Shown here piece by piece: positions 11,201 to 21,967 of a stretch of DNA of 64,000 nucleotides. Source of the stretch: Hydrurus foetidus (taxonomy: Eukaryota); contig UYFQ01000001.1 of assembly GCA_900617105.1 (NCBI GenBank), positions 2,356,001-2,420,000 of the forward strand. Direction: 5' to 3'. Made by a program: the position numbers and the translations under genes. Each line of letters begins with the position of its first letter. Positions within the stretch are counted from its first letter, which is position 1. Under the pieces are notes generated by a model, which made no database searches, was not told the origin of the DNA, and saw nothing but the letters and a program-made list of their open reading frames with translations.

Positions 11201-11319
11201 TCCCCTCTCCCTTTGCGGGGAGAGGGTTAGGGTGAGGGAGTGCGAAGCTAACGATGCTTAACGCTTTACCCGATGGCCACTGCCCTCACCCCTACCCTCT
11301 CCCCGCAAGGGGAGAGGGA
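11201..11319. repeat. Inverted pair of BoxC-like palindromic repeats (family B) between gltB and gltD
   Basis: tcccctctccctttgcggggagagggttagggtgaggg (11201-11238) and its inverse ccctcacccctaccctctccccgcaaggggagaggga (11283-11319). Confidence 0.85.
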
Positions 11320-11369
11320 GTAAATCCAAGGCTGCCCGAGTAGTTACCAAAATTTATATCTTTTACCGC

Positions 11370-11415
11370 TGTAGCCCAATAAATACAGGCGCGAGCAGCT
11401 CCTAAATTAATAGTA
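11370..11415 (+). repeat. Family A repeat
   Basis: tgtagcccaataaatacaggcgcgagcagctcctaaattaatagta. Confidence 0.85.
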
Positions 11416-11426
11416 TCTTGCTGCCC

Positions 11427-14400
11427 TTATTTAGCACCTACCGGCTCGCGGTTGGTCTCCACCTGCGCCCGCGTCGTCTCGGTGGCGGCGTTCAGGCGGC
11501 GGTCTTTGCGCTCCAGCAGGGCGCGCTTGTACTCGTTCGGAAAGACCTTCACGAACTTCAAGCGCGACTCAGCCCAGGTGTCGAGCAACTCGCGTGCGCG
11601 CTTGCTGCCCGTCCAGCGGTTGTGGTCTTGCAGCAGGCGTTTGAGAAGAGCTTCGTCGCTTTCTTCCGCATGCCAGTCTGACTTGTCGTGCGTGTGCTGC
11701 TCGGCAGTCGTCACAACTCTGTCCATGCTGACCATGGACGTGTTGCAACGGGTGGCGAACTGACCATCTTCGTCGTACACATAGGCTACGCCGCCGCTCA
11801 TGCCGGCTGCAAAGTTGCGGCCGGTTTTACCCAGCACGGCCACCGTGCCGCCGGTCATGTATTCGCAGCCGTGGTCGCCTGTTCCTTCAACGACTGCTGT
11901 GGCACCTGACAAGCGCACTGCAAAGCGCTCGCCCGCTACGCCGCTGAAGAAAGCTTCACCCGTCGTTGCGCCGTACAGAACAGTATTGCCAACGATGGTG
12001 TTTTTGTGGGACTCACCCCGGAAGTCAATGCTTGGCCGCACCACGATGCGGCCACCCGACAAGCCCTTGCCGGTGTAGTCGTTCGCGTCACCAATCAAAT
12101 ACATGGTGATGCCCTTGGCCAAAAACGCGCCGAACGATTGACCGCCCGTGCCTTCAAGCTGAATACGCAGGGTGTCGTCTGGCAAGCCTTCAGGTCGCAC
12201 GCGCGTCAGCTCGCCTGAGAGCATGGCACCAACGGTGCGGTTGACGTTGCGCACCGTTTCGATGAACTGGACTTTTTCGCCCTTTTCAATCGCGGCTTTC
12301 GACTTTTCAATCAGGCGCACATCGAGTGCTTTTTCTAGCGCGTGGTCTTGCGTGGATGTGTGAAGGCGCGGCACATCGGCAGGCACGTTCGGCTGGTAGA
12401 ACAGTCGCGCAAAGTCAAGGCCGCTGGCTTTCCAGTGCTCGATACCTTTTTGGGTGTCGAGCAAATCAGCCCGGCCAATCAGCTCGTCAAACGTGCGCAC
12501 GCCGAGTTGCGCCATCAGCTGGCGGGCCTCCTCAGCTACAAAAAAGAAGTAGTTGACGACATGCTCTGGCTTGCCGCTGAATTTTTGGCGCAGCACCGGG
12601 TCTTGCGTGGCGACGCCAACCGGGCAGGTGTTCAAGTGGCATTTGCGCATCATGATGCAGCCTTCAACCACCAGCGGGGCGGTGGCAAAGCCGAATTCAT
12701 CTGCACCCAACAGCGCGCCAATGACGACGTCACGGCCAGTTTTCATCTGGCCATCGGCCTGCACGCGAATGCGGCCACGCAGACGATTGAGTACCAGCGT
12801 TTGCTGCGTTTCAGCCAAGCCGATTTCCCACGGGCTGCCTGCATGTTTGATGCTCGACCAGGGCGAAGCGCCCGTACCGCCGTCGTGACCTGCTATCACA
12901 ATGTGATCAGCCTTGGCTTTGGTCACGCCTGCGGCGATGGTGCCGACACCCACTTCACTGACCAGCTTGACGCTAATGCTGGCGCGCGGGTTGACGTTCT
13001 TCAGGTCATGAATCAGCTGCGCCAAGTCTTCAATTGAATAAATATCATGGTGTGGCGGCGGCGAAATCAAGCCGACGCCGGGCACTGAATAACGCAGAGC
13101 ACCGATGTATTCACTGACCTTGCCGCCGGGCAACTGGCCACCCTCGCCGGGCTTGGCACCCTGCGCCATTTTGATTTGAATCTGGTCGGCAGACACCAAA
13201 TATTCGGCCGTGACACCAAAGCGGCCTGATGCTACCTGCTTGATTTTGGAGCGCAGTGAGTCACCGTCTTGTAACGGCAAATCAACTTCCACCACTTTCT
13301 CACCAATCACGCTTTTGAGCGTGGCGCCCTGCTTGATCGGGATGCCTTTGAGCTCCTGCCGGTAGCGCGCCGGGTCTTCACCGCCCTCGCCCGTGTTGCT
13401 TTTGCCGCCAATGCGGTTCATGGCGACAGCCAGCGTTGCGTGCGCTTCAGTGCTAATGGAACCGAGCGACATCGCGCCCGTGGCAAAACGCTTGACGATT
13501 TCTTTGGCCGACTCAACCTCGTCAATCGGGATCGCTTTGCTCGGGTCAATCTTGAACTCGAACAATCCGCGCAGCGTCATGTGGCGACGATTCTGGTCGT
13601 TGATGAGCTGGGCGTATTCTTTGTACGTGCTCCAGTTGTTGGCGCGTGTGGCGTGCTGCAGTTTGGCAATCGCATCCGGTGTCCACATGTGGTTTTCACC
13701 CCGCACGCGAAAGGCGTATTCACCGCCTGCATCCAGCATGTTGGTCAGCACCGGGTCATCGCTGAAAGCTGCGCGGTGCATGCGCAGTGCTTCTTCAGCG
13801 ATGTCAAACACGCCCATACCTTCAACCTGGCTTGCCGTGCCCGTGAAGAACTTGGCAATGGTCTCGCGGTTCAGGCCAATCACTTCAAATAACTGAGCGC
13901 CGCAGTAGCTCATGTAGGTCGACACGCCCATTTTGGACATGATTTTCGACAAGCCTTTGCCAATGGCTTTGGTGTAGTTGTAAATCGCTTTTTCAGTCGA
14001 CAAATCGCCCGGCAAGCCGTCGTGCATCTCCGCCAATGTTTCCATTGCCAAATACGGGTGAACGGCTTCTGCGCCATAGCCTGCGAGCACCGCGAAGTGG
14101 TGCACTTCACGGGCAGAACCAGTTTCAACCACCAGACCTGCGGTTGTGCGCAGGCCCACACTTACTAAATGCTGGTGAATCGCCGACAGCGCGAGCAAGG
14201 CTGGAATGGCGACTTGCGTAGCGCTCAAAGCACGGTCGCTGATGATCAAAATGTTTTTGCCGGTTTTGATCGCGTCAACGGCTTCAGCGCACAGCGATGC
14301 TAGCTTGGCCTCTACCCCTTCATGGCCCCAGGCCAGCGGATAGGTGATGTCTAGCGTGTAGCTTTTGAACTTGCCCTGCGTGTGCGATTCAATGTCGCGC

Positions 14401-16160
14401 AGCTTCTGCATGTCGGCCACGTTCAGCACCGGCTGCGCTACTTCAAGCCGCATCGGCGGGTTGACCTGGTTGATGTCCAGCAAGTTGGGCTTGGGGCCGA
14501 CAAAGGATACCAGCGACATCACAATCGCTTCGCGAATCGGGTCAATTGGCGGGTTGGTGACCTGTGCAAACAACTGCTTGAAATAGTTGTACAGCGACTT
14601 GTTTTTGTTAGACAACACTGCCAGTGGCGAGTCGTTACCCATCGAGCCGGTGGCTTCTTCGCCGTTGGCAGCCATCGGGGACATCAGAAACTTGATGTCT
14701 TCTTGTGTGTAGCCAAACGCCTGCTGCAAATCGAGCAGAGATGTTGCCGTTGATTCAGTTTTTGGCAGTGCTGCTGCCGCCTTCACATCATCCAGCTTAA
14801 TCCGCAAATTCTCAATCCACTGCTTGTACGGCTTGCTGTGTGCCAGCGTGGCTTTGATCTCTTCGTCATCGACCATGCGGCCTTGCTCGAGGTCAATCAA
14901 AAACATCTTGCCGGGCTGCAGCCGCCATTTTCTAACTATTTTGTGCTCTGGAATCGGGAGCACGCCAGACTCTGACGCCATGATGACCAAATCATCGTCT
15001 GTCACGCAGTAGCGCGATGGGCGCAGGCCGTTACGGTCAAGCGTGGCGCCAATCTGGCGGCCGTCGGTGAACACAATCGACGCCGGGCCGTCCCACGGCT
15101 CCAGCATGGCGGCGTGGTATTCGTAAAACGCTTTGCGGCGCTCGTCCATCGTGGTGTGCTGCTCCCACGGCTCTGGGATCATCATCATCACGGCCTGGCT
15201 GATCGGGTAGCCGGCCATCGTCAGCAGCTCCAGGCAGTTGTCAAACGTGGCGGTGTCAGACTGGTCGGCAAAGCTGATCGGGTAGAGCTTTTGTAAGTCC
15301 GCGCCCAGCACGGGGGATGACATCACGCCTTCGCGGGCCTTCATCCAGTTGTAGTTGCCTTTGACGGTGTTGATCTCGCCGTTGTGCGCGACGTAGCGGT
15401 ACGGGTGGGCCAGTGGCCATTCGGGGAAGGTGTTGGTAGAAAAGCGCTGATGCACCAAGCCTAGCGCCGACACACAGCGCTCATCCTGCAAGTCAAGGTA
15501 GTAGGTGCCCACCTGGTCAGCCAGCAACAAGCCTTTGTAGACCACCGTGCGGCTGGACATGCTGGGGACGTAATATTCTTTGCTGTGCGTCAGGTGCAGA
15601 TTCTGGATGGCAGCACTTGCAGTTTTGCGAATGACGTACAGCTTGCGCTCCAGCGCGTCTTGCACGATGACATCGTTGCCACGACCGATAAAAATCTGTT
15701 TGAGGATGGGTTCTTTCAATCGCACGGTGGGCGACATCGGCATGTCACGGTTCACCGGCACATCACGCCAGCCCAACAGCACTTGCCCTTCAGCTCGCAC
15801 CGCGCGCTCGAGCGCTTGCTCGCACGCTAGGCGCGATGCATGCTCTTTCGGCAAAAACACCATGCCCACGCCGTATTCTCCCGGCGGCGGCAAGGCCACG
15901 CCTTGGCTTGCCATTTCTTCACGGTAAAGCGCGTCTGGCAATTGAATCAATATGCCCGCGCCGTCGCCCATCAGCGCGTCAGCGCCGACTGCACCCCGGT
16001 GGTCCAGGTTTTCAAGAATCTTCAAGCCCTGCTGCACGATGGCATGCGACTTGTGCCCCTTGATGTGCGCCACAAAACCCACACCGCAGGCATCATGCTC
16101 GTGCGCCCCAGCGTACAAACCGTGTTCTTGGCTGTGTTTGATTTCGGCGAGAGTCGTCAT
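11427..16160 (-). CDS. gltB: Glutamate synthase large subunit
   Basis: HDACGVGF (catalytic Cys), [20 protein letters not shown] and CHLNTCPVG motifs. Confidence 0.98.
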   Translation of the reverse strand: MTTLAEIKHSQEHGLYAGAHEHDACGVGFVAHIKGHKSHAIVQQGLKILENLDHRGAVGADALMGDGAGILIQLPDALYREEMASQGVALPPPGEYGVGMVFLPKEHASRLACEQALERAVRAEGQVLLGWRDVPVNRDMPMSPTVRLKEPILKQIFIGRGNDVIVQDALERKLYVIRKTASAAIQNLHLTHSKEYYVPSMSSRTVVYKGLLLADQVGTYYLDLQDERCVSALGLVHQRFSTNTFPEWPLAHPYRYVAHNGEINTVKGNYNWMKAREGVMSSPVLGADLQKLYPISFADQSDTATFDNCLELLTMAGYPISQAVMMMIPEPWEQHTTMDERRKAFYEYHAAMLEPWDGPASIVFTDGRQIGATLDRNGLRPSRYCVTDDDLVIMASESGVLPIPEHKIVRKWRLQPGKMFLIDLEQGRMVDDEEIKATLAHSKPYKQWIENLRIKLDDVKAAAALPKTESTATSLLDLQQAFGYTQEDIKFLMSPMAANGEEATGSMGNDSPLAVLSNKNKSLYNYFKQLFAQVTNPPIDPIREAIVMSLVSFVGPKPNLLDINQVNPPMRLEVAQPVLNVADMQKLRDIESHTQGKFKSYTLDITYPLAWGHEGVEAKLASLCAEAVDAIKTGKNILIISDRALSATQVAIPALLALSAIHQHLVSVGLRTTAGLVVETGSAREVHHFAVLAGYGAEAVHPYLAMETLAEMHDGLPGDLSTEKAIYNYTKAIGKGLSKIMSKMGVSTYMSYCGAQLFEVIGLNRETIAKFFTGTASQVEGMGVFDIAEEALRMHRAAFSDDPVLTNMLDAGGEYAFRVRGENHMWTPDAIAKLQHATRANNWSTYKEYAQLINDQNRRHMTLRGLFEFKIDPSKAIPIDEVESAKEIVKRFATGAMSLGSISTEAHATLAVAMNRIGGKSNTGEGGEDPARYRQELKGIPIKQGATLKSVIGEKVVEVDLPLQDGDSLRSKIKQVASGRFGVTAEYLVSADQIQIKMAQGAKPGEGGQLPGGKVSEYIGALRYSVPGVGLISPPPHHDIYSIEDLAQLIHDLKNVNPRASISVKLVSEVGVGTIAAGVTKAKADHIVIAGHDGGTGASPWSSIKHAGSPWEIGLAETQQTLVLNRLRGRIRVQADGQMKTGRDVVIGALLGADEFGFATAPLVVEGCIMMRKCHLNTCPVGVATQDPVLRQKFSGKPEHVVNYFFFVAEEARQLMAQLGVRTFDELIGRADLLDTQKGIEHWKASGLDFARLFYQPNVPADVPRLHTSTQDHALEKALDVRLIEKSKAAIEKGEKVQFIETVRNVNRTVGAMLSGELTRVRPEGLPDDTLRIQLEGTGGQSFGAFLAKGITMYLIGDANDYTGKGLSGGRIVVRPSIDFRGESHKNTIVGNTVLYGATTGEAFFSGVAGERFAVRLSGATAVVEGTGDHGCEYMTGGTVAVLGKTGRNFAAGMSGGVAYVYDEDGQFATRCNTSMVSMDRVVTTAEQHTHDKSDWHAEESDEALLKRLLQDHNRWTGSKRARELLDTWAESRLKFVKVFPNEYKRALLERKDRRLNAATETTRAQVETNREPVGAK

Positions 16161-16197
16161 GGCTTACCCTAATAAAAATGAATTGCAATGATAAAGC

Positions 16198-16212
16198 GCA
16201 ACACCCGTACCA
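16198..16212 (-). promoter_or_regulatory. Putative sigma-54 (-24/-12) promoter of gltBD
   Basis: Minus strand TGGTAC-gggtg-TTGC fits TGGYAC-N5-TTGC (GG-N10-GC), 38 bp upstream of the gltB ATG. Confidence 0.55.
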
Positions 16213-16221
16213 GCAAATACT

Positions 16222-16247
16222 TTAATTGGGGTCAGACTCCAATTAAA
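16222..16247 (+). repeat. Left 26-bp inverted repeat flanking the RAYT-like gene, itself palindromic
   Basis: ttaattggggtcagactccaattaaa, exact reverse complement of 17067-17092. Confidence 0.92.
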
Positions 16248-16323
16248 TTCAAGTTTTTTACCGTTCAACTTAAGTAGGGACAGATTAAATTTGGTTGCAA
16301 AAAGCCCCCATCGGCTTAATGGC

Positions 16324-17037
16324 TTATTCTTCTATCTTGCTGGAACTGGCAGGCTTTGAAAAAGGCCGCCCCGCTTTGACCTTGTTGACGCGGCGCTCCG
16401 TTCTTTTTTGAAGGTCTTCAACAAAATCGGGTTCGCCCAACGCCCAGCCTGCCAGCGCAGATTTCGTCAAGGCAGCCTGCTGATCGGGGTTGACGCCAGC
16501 CCGAACCAGCTCGGCGTAAGCGGCCTCGCGGCCAAACGGCGTGTTGGCCAAATCCCAAAACAGCGCGTGCGGGGTGATCAACTTGTCGCTGCGCGTGCCC
16601 ACGTAAAAGCCGTGGCTCGACCAAGGGTAGTCAAGCGCCACGCCCGCCATACCGGCACGCACGGGGTTCAAGTCCATATAAGCCATGCAAGCCAGCAAGT
16701 AGCGGTCAGTTTGAATCAACGTCGAGCGATAACGCCCCTCCCACAACGAGCCGCTACGGGCCTGCTGATCATTAAAGTAACGCACATAACTGCGGCCCAC
16801 GGCCTGCATCATTTGCGGTAAACCCGTGTCGGTTTGCGGGGTAGCCAGCAAATGAAAATGGTTGGTCATCAGTACGTAAGCGTGCACGTCGACGCCAAAC
16901 TTCTTTGCGTTTTCGTCGATCAGATCTAAAAGAAACTGATGGTCTGCCGCAGTTTTAAAAATAGCCTGACGGTTGTTGCCCCGCTGAATCACGTGGTGCG
17001 GGTAGCCTGGCAGCGTGAGGCGGGGGAGACGGGCCAT
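16324..17037 (-). mobile_element. Y1-HUH (IS200-like / REP-associated tyrosine, RAYT) transposase
   Basis: MARLPR..PHHVIQRGNNRQAIF, LMTNHFHLL (HUH), LWEGRY, YMDLNPVRAG and YPWSS motifs. Confidence 0.92.
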
Positions 17038-17066
17038 TTTTTGACGATTTGTAAGTAAAATTGAAT

Positions 17067-17092
17067 TTTAATTGGAGTCTGACCCCAATTAA
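17067..17092 (-). repeat. Right 26-bp inverted repeat flanking the RAYT-like gene
   Basis: tttaattggagtctgaccccaattaa. Confidence 0.92.
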
Positions 17093-17140
17093 GAGGAATT
17101 AAAAAGCGCGAAAGCGCTTTTTATTGGTCCAGCCAAGCGA

Positions 17141-18301
17141 TCACCAGCTGTCAGACCGCATGATACTTTCCCAGCTTGTGCCATTGACTTTGTAGACGCT
17201 TACTACGCCGTAGCGCTGCTCGCCCTTTTCGTTCCATTTCATTGATCCGGTGACGGGTGCGTAACCGTCCATCTTTCGCAACACTTCTGTAATTTTGGCG
17301 GGATCGGCGCTTTTGGCGCGGCGGATGGCAGCTGCCAGAACATGAGTGGCGTCGTAGGTGTAGTGGCCGCCGTACGCTGGCGGTACTTTGAAGGCCGCTT
17401 GGTAAGCGTCTAAAAACGCTTTGCCGGCAGCAAACTCGTTGGCCTCCAGCACGATGGACGTGGCATAAAACCCACCGACCTCGCCAGTGTGCTTGATCAT
17501 TTCTGTGGTTTTGAGCATGTCGGTGCCCAAAATAGTGATTTGCTTGGCGTAGCCGATCTTCTTTAAATTGGCGATCAGCGCTACCACCTGAAAATCATTT
17601 AAGGTGCTGACCACCACTTCAATCCCGTCTGCCTTTAACTTGTCTGCCAGCGCCGTGAAGTCTGTGGTTTTGTCGTCAAAGCCTTGGCGCAAAGCAACGG
17701 TTTTTTTAACTTTGATCTTGTCGGCCGCCGCGTCAGCCAAGCCCTTGCCATAGGGCGTTCCGTCGTCGACCACCGCGAATTTAGTGCCCTGAATCTGGCT
17801 GCCAGCAAAGGCACCAACAGCGCGCGCTTGCAGGTCGTCGTTGGCCACCAGGCGCAGGGTAGTAGGGTGGCCCAGTTCGGTAAATTTCGGGTTACTTGAA
17901 ATCGCCAATTGTGCAATGCCTTTGGCTGCGTAAATTGGCGCTGCAGGAATACTCACCCCCGAATTCAAATGCCCGATGACCGCGACCACACCTGCATCTA
18001 CCAATTGCTGCGCAACTTTGACGCCTTCTGCTGCGTTAGATTTGTCGTCGACTACTACCATCTCTAATGTCACAAGCTTGCCGTTGAGCTTGAAGCCTTC
18101 TTTGTTGAGCTCATTTACAGCTAGCTGCACGCCATTGACCAAGTCTTTGCCCAGTGCGGCTATGCCGCCCGTCAAGGGCTGAGCCACGCCGATTTTGATG
18201 GTGTCGGGAGTGCGGTCGCAGCCTGCGAGAAACAGGCTGGCAGCAACAAGAACCGCGGCGCTGAAGACGCTGGTCGCACTAGAGCGAGAGACAGTAACCA
18301 T
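17141..18301 (-). CDS. Branched-chain amino acid ABC substrate-binding lipoprotein (LivJ/K-like)
   Basis: Lipobox LAGC; IKIGVAQPLTG and VIGHLNSGVSIPA motifs. Confidence 0.9.
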   Translation of the reverse strand: MVTVSRSSATSVFSAAVLVAASLFLAGCDRTPDTIKIGVAQPLTGGIAALGKDLVNGVQLAVNELNKEGFKLNGKLVTLEMVVVDDKSNAAEGVKVAQQLVDAGVVAVIGHLNSGVSIPAAPIYAAKGIAQLAISSNPKFTELGHPTTLRLVANDDLQARAVGAFAGSQIQGTKFAVVDDGTPYGKGLADAAADKIKVKKTVALRQGFDDKTTDFTALADKLKADGIEVVVSTLNDFQVVALIANLKKIGYAKQITILGTDMLKTTEMIKHTGEVGGFYATSIVLEANEFAAGKAFLDAYQAAFKVPPAYGGHYTYDATHVLAAAIRRAKSADPAKITEVLRKMDGYAPVTGSMKWNEKGEQRYGVVSVYKVNGTSWESIMRSDSW

Positions 18302-18469
18302 AAAAAAACTCCTTGATGGCATTAAAAAACGTAATGATTGCAAAATGTAGAAGTTGCTGGGTGTAAATGCAAGGGATAAATTACGTCCCGAGTCGTTGAC
18401 CGCGGCTTGTAATTACTATTAGCGTGCCCGCCCTGACCTTGACCAAATCTTTTTTCTCACCATCCGGCC

Positions 18470-18856
18470 ATGTCTATTCACCGATTTCTGCTGGCATTGA
18501 TCAGCGCCACTGCGTTCGCCGTCAGCGCGCAAACCGCTGCACCCAGCGTGTCGCTGGGCGAGGCGCGCGAGGCGCTGCAAAAGTCAAGCGCCATCGTGTT
18601 TGACATTCGTGAACCCAGCGAGCACGCTACAGGCGTGGCCAAAGGCGCGCGGCTTTTGCCCATGAGCCAGCTCAACAAACGCCTGAGCGAAGTGCCCAAG
18701 GCAAGCGACCAGCCGGTTCTGCTGATTTGCAATACACAAAACCGCTCAGCGCGGGTAGCCGAGCAATTGCGCGCCGCCGGCTACACCAACATCAGCTATG
18801 TGAATGGCGGAATGAGCCAATGGGCAGCGCGGCAGTGGCCGATGGTCAAACCCTGA
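18470..18856 (+). CDS. Exported rhodanese-domain protein
   Basis: Signal peptide; DIREPSEH, LICNTQNRS and GGMSQW motifs. Confidence 0.88.
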   Translation: MSIHRFLLALISATAFAVSAQTAAPSVSLGEAREALQKSSAIVFDIREPSEHATGVAKGARLLPMSQLNKRLSEVPKASDQPVLLICNTQNRSARVAEQLRAAGYTNISYVNGGMSQWAARQWPMVKP

Positions 18857-18908
18857 GGTGAAAATAGTCTAAAACAGCCCAAAAAGACCTAGCTTAGGTA
18901 TTGATATT

Positions 18909-18957
18909 GGCTTTTTACCAATAAATACGGGCGCGAACAGCTACTAAATAAATAGCA
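18909..18957 (+). repeat. Family A repeat
   Basis: ccaataaatacgggcgcgaacagctactaaataaatagca. Confidence 0.85.
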
Positions 18958-18968
18958 TTTTGGGCCAT

Positions 18969-20600
18969 CTAAGCCCGCGCTCGCAGCGTGCGGCTGAGCA
19001 AAATCACCGGCAGTAAGCCCACCAACACCAGCGCCAGCGCGGGCAAGGCAGCTTCGCCCAAGCGTTCATCACGCGCCAACTGAAAGGTAACCACGGCCAG
19101 TGTGTCGCTGTTGAACGGGCGCAGCACCAGCGTAGCGGGCAGCTCTTTCATGACGTCGACAAACACCAGCAGCGCGGCAGTCAGCACCGAGCGTTTAAGA
19201 AGCGGCCAATGCACTTTTGTCAGCAACCGACGCCTCCCTGCGCCCAGCATGCGGGCGGTGTCGTCCAAGCTGAGTGGCACGCGGGAATAGCCGCTTTGCA
19301 CCGACTGCAGCGCCACCGAACTGAACCGCACCAAGTACGCCCACACAATGCCGAGCACGGTGGCAGTTACCCAGTAACCGGCCTTTAAATCGGGCGCGGC
19401 GTTTTGCAGCCAGCCGACTGGCGTGAGCAAGCCCACCACTATCACTGCCCCGGGGATGGCATAGCCAAGGCTGGTCAAGCGCGCGGCCCCTTGCGTCCAT
19501 ACTGACGGCTGGCTGCGCACAGAGAACGCCACGCACAGTGCCAGCGCCGTGGCCAGCACCGCGCTGATGCTGGCCAGGTAAACGCTGTTCAACGCCCAGC
19601 CGCCAAACTGGCCCCAAGCCAAGCTACCCCAGCCCAGCAGCAGCGGCCGCAGCATAAACAGCACGGGCAGCACAAAACCCAGCGCAATCGGTGCGCCGCA
19701 AACCAGCCACGCCAGGTACACACGGCGGCCAGTTAGCACGGTGGGTTGGGCATCGAGGCTGGTTGATGCGGCGCTGCGACTGGTGGCAAAACGCATGCGG
19801 CGCTGGGCGGCTTGCTCAAGCTTGAGCAGCACCGCCACCGTGATCAGCAGCAGCGTGGCCAATTGCGCGGCAGCCAGCCGGTTGTCCATGGCCAGCCAGG
19901 CTTTGTAAATACCGGCGGTAAAAGTTTGAATGCCAAAGTAGCTGGCCACGCCGTAGTCGGCCAGCGTTTCCATCAGCGCCAGCGCCACGCCCGCCGCAAT
20001 GGCGGGCCGGGCCAGCGGCAACGCTACCTGGCGCACCCGCCTGCGCAGCGGCGCGCCTAGCAGGCGGGCGGCTTCCATTAAATGCACAGCGCGCTCGCTA
20101 AGTGCCGTACGGGCCAACAAGTAAACGTAGGGGTAAAGCGTTGCGGTAAACACCAACACTGCACCGCCCAGGCTGCGCACTTCAGGCAGCAGCCGGCCTT
20201 GCAGAACAAAAGCACTGCGGCCCCACGACTGCAGCGGCCCTGAATATTGCAAAAAGTCGGTGTACGCATAAGCCACCACGTAGGCAGGCATGGCCAGCGG
20301 CAACAGCAGCGCCCATTCAAACACCCGTCTACCCGGAAATTCAAACAAGGTCACAGCGCTGGCGGTAGCCGTGCCGACCAGCGCCACGCCCACTGCAACG
20401 CAGGTGCACAAAATAAAGGTGGTTAGCGCGTAGTCGGGCAACACGGTATGTAGCATTTGCTGCCACACGCTGCTGGCCGCCGCGTCAAATTGCGCCCATG
20501 ACACCAGCACGCTCAACACCGGCAGCATCAGCAGCGCAACCACCCCAAGCAGCGCGGCAGCAGAGCCAGAAATTAAAGGAGAGCGAGAGCTTAAAGCCAT
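18969..20600 (-). CDS. Fe3+ ABC transporter permease (FbpB/FutB-like)
   Basis: Two EAA-loop halves; LPLAMPAYVVAY and MKELPATLVLRPFN motifs. Confidence 0.9.
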   Translation of the reverse strand: MALSSRSPLISGSAAALLGVVALLMLPVLSVLVSWAQFDAAASSVWQQMLHTVLPDYALTTFILCTCVAVGVALVGTATASAVTLFEFPGRRVFEWALLLPLAMPAYVVAYAYTDFLQYSGPLQSWGRSAFVLQGRLLPEVRSLGGAVLVFTATLYPYVYLLARTALSERAVHLMEAARLLGAPLRRRVRQVALPLARPAIAAGVALALMETLADYGVASYFGIQTFTAGIYKAWLAMDNRLAAAQLATLLLITVAVLLKLEQAAQRRMRFATSRSAASTSLDAQPTVLTGRRVYLAWLVCGAPIALGFVLPVLFMLRPLLLGWGSLAWGQFGGWALNSVYLASISAVLATALALCVAFSVRSQPSVWTQGAARLTSLGYAIPGAVIVVGLLTPVGWLQNAAPDLKAGYWVTATVLGIVWAYLVRFSSVALQSVQSGYSRVPLSLDDTARMLGAGRRRLLTKVHWPLLKRSVLTAALLVFVDVMKELPATLVLRPFNSDTLAVVTFQLARDERLGEAALPALALVLVGLLPVILLSRTLRARA

Positions 20601-20707
20601 AGTTTTTTAAAATTCAAAGCAAAAGCACGCGGATGGAAACTTGGATTTTTGCCGGTGCGCGGCAGCCTCAGCGAATTGCGTTTCCCGACTTATTGACAAT
20701 CGTAATT

Positions 20708-20728
20708 GCAAATGCGAATTGTAAGCAT
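20708..20728. promoter_or_regulatory. Possible Fur box between the divergent iron ABC genes
   Basis: gcaaatgcgaattgtaagcat partially matches GATAATGATAATCATTATC (11/19 by eye). Confidence 0.4.
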
Positions 20729-20741
20729 CTACAATCAAGGC

Positions 20742-21827
20742 ATGTTTCTTGACATTTCCGGCCTGCAAGTCAGCTACCCCCAGCGTGCCAAATCCGCCGT
20801 CGATGGGGTGTCATTTAGTCTGAAGGCCGGCGAAATCGGCGTGCTGATTGGCCCATCAGGCTGCGGCAAAACCACGTTGCTGCGCGCAGTGGCGGGGCTG
20901 GAGCGGGTAAGCAAAGGCAGCATTGCGCTGGCGGGTAAAGTCGTCAGCAGCCCGCAGCAGCATGACGCGCCGGAGTCGCGCCACATTGGCATGGTGTTTC
21001 AAGACTACGCACTGTTCCCGCACCTGGACGTGGCCGGCAATGTCGGTTTTGGCATTGCGCACCTGAGCGCTGCCGCGCGCACCAAGCGAGTGCAGGAAGT
21101 GCTTGATCTGGTCGGGCTGCCAAACTCTGCCAAGCGCTTTGCCCATGAGCTGTCGGGCGGGCAGCAGCAGCGCGTGGCGCTGGCCAGGGCGCTGGCACCT
21201 GCGCCGCGCCTGCTGCTGCTGGACGAGCCTTTTTCAAACCTTGACGTTGACCTGCGGGAGCGCCTGGCGCTTGAGGTGCGCGGCATTTTAAAAACCGCAG
21301 GCGCCACCGCCTTGTTTGTGACGCACGACCAGCTGGAAGCCTTTGCCATTGGCGACCGGATTGGAGTGATGCACGCCGGCCACCTGCACCAGTGGGACGA
21401 CGCGTACGCGCTGTACCACCGACCTGCCACCCGCTTTGTAGCCGACTTTATTGGCCACGGCGTATTTGCGCCCGCACACATTAAACAAGCACCGGGCGGC
21501 GTGGTTGTTAGCACCGCGCTGGGCGATTTAACTGACCTCGAAGAATGCCCCCTGCCTGACGCCTACCCCGGCGGCCTGTGCGATGTGCTGCTGCGGGCGG
21601 ACGATATTGTTCACGACGACGACGCCGTAGTGAAGGCGCGAATTGTGCGCAAAGCGTTTCGTGGGTCAGAGTTTTTGTACACCCTGAAGTTGGCCAGCGG
21701 CGAGACTTTGCTGGCGCACGTGCCGTCTCACCACGACCACGCGCTGGGCGAGTGGATCGGCATTCGCGCAGAGGTGGACCACGTGGTGACCTTTGCGCGT
21801 GAAGCCGCGCCGCTGGTCGCTGTTTGA
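20742..21827 (+). CDS. Fe3+ ABC transporter ATPase (FbpC-like)
   Basis: GPSGCGKT, VFQDYALFPH, LSGGQQQR, LLLDEPF motifs; TOBE-like C-terminus. Confidence 0.9.
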   Translation: MFLDISGLQVSYPQRAKSAVDGVSFSLKAGEIGVLIGPSGCGKTTLLRAVAGLERVSKGSIALAGKVVSSPQQHDAPESRHIGMVFQDYALFPHLDVAGNVGFGIAHLSAAARTKRVQEVLDLVGLPNSAKRFAHELSGGQQQRVALARALAPAPRLLLLDEPFSNLDVDLRERLALEVRGILKTAGATALFVTHDQLEAFAIGDRIGVMHAGHLHQWDDAYALYHRPATRFVADFIGHGVFAPAHIKQAPGGVVVSTALGDLTDLEECPLPDAYPGGLCDVLLRADDIVHDDDAVVKARIVRKAFRGSEFLYTLKLASGETLLAHVPSHHDHALGEWIGIRAEVDHVVTFAREAAPLVAV

Positions 21828-21866
21828 CCTGTTTTAGGCCTTAAAAAGCATAAAAAGCATAAAAAC

Positions 21867-21917
21867 AGGCCTGTAGCCCAATTAATACGGGCGCAAACAG
21901 CTATTTTAATAATAGCA
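21867..21917 (+). repeat. Family A repeat
   Basis: aggcctgtagcccaattaatacgggcgcaaacagctattttaataatagca. Confidence 0.85.
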
Positions 21918-21967
21918 AAATAAACAACTACCCGGTCAACAAACGCGATTGATCGGATGCGCCAAAT

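Noticed and set aside
16324..17037. RAYT-like gene as the proven mobiliser of family A repeats
   Set aside because: Its flanking palindromes have a different sequence and no family A copy is adjacent, so the link is unsupported.
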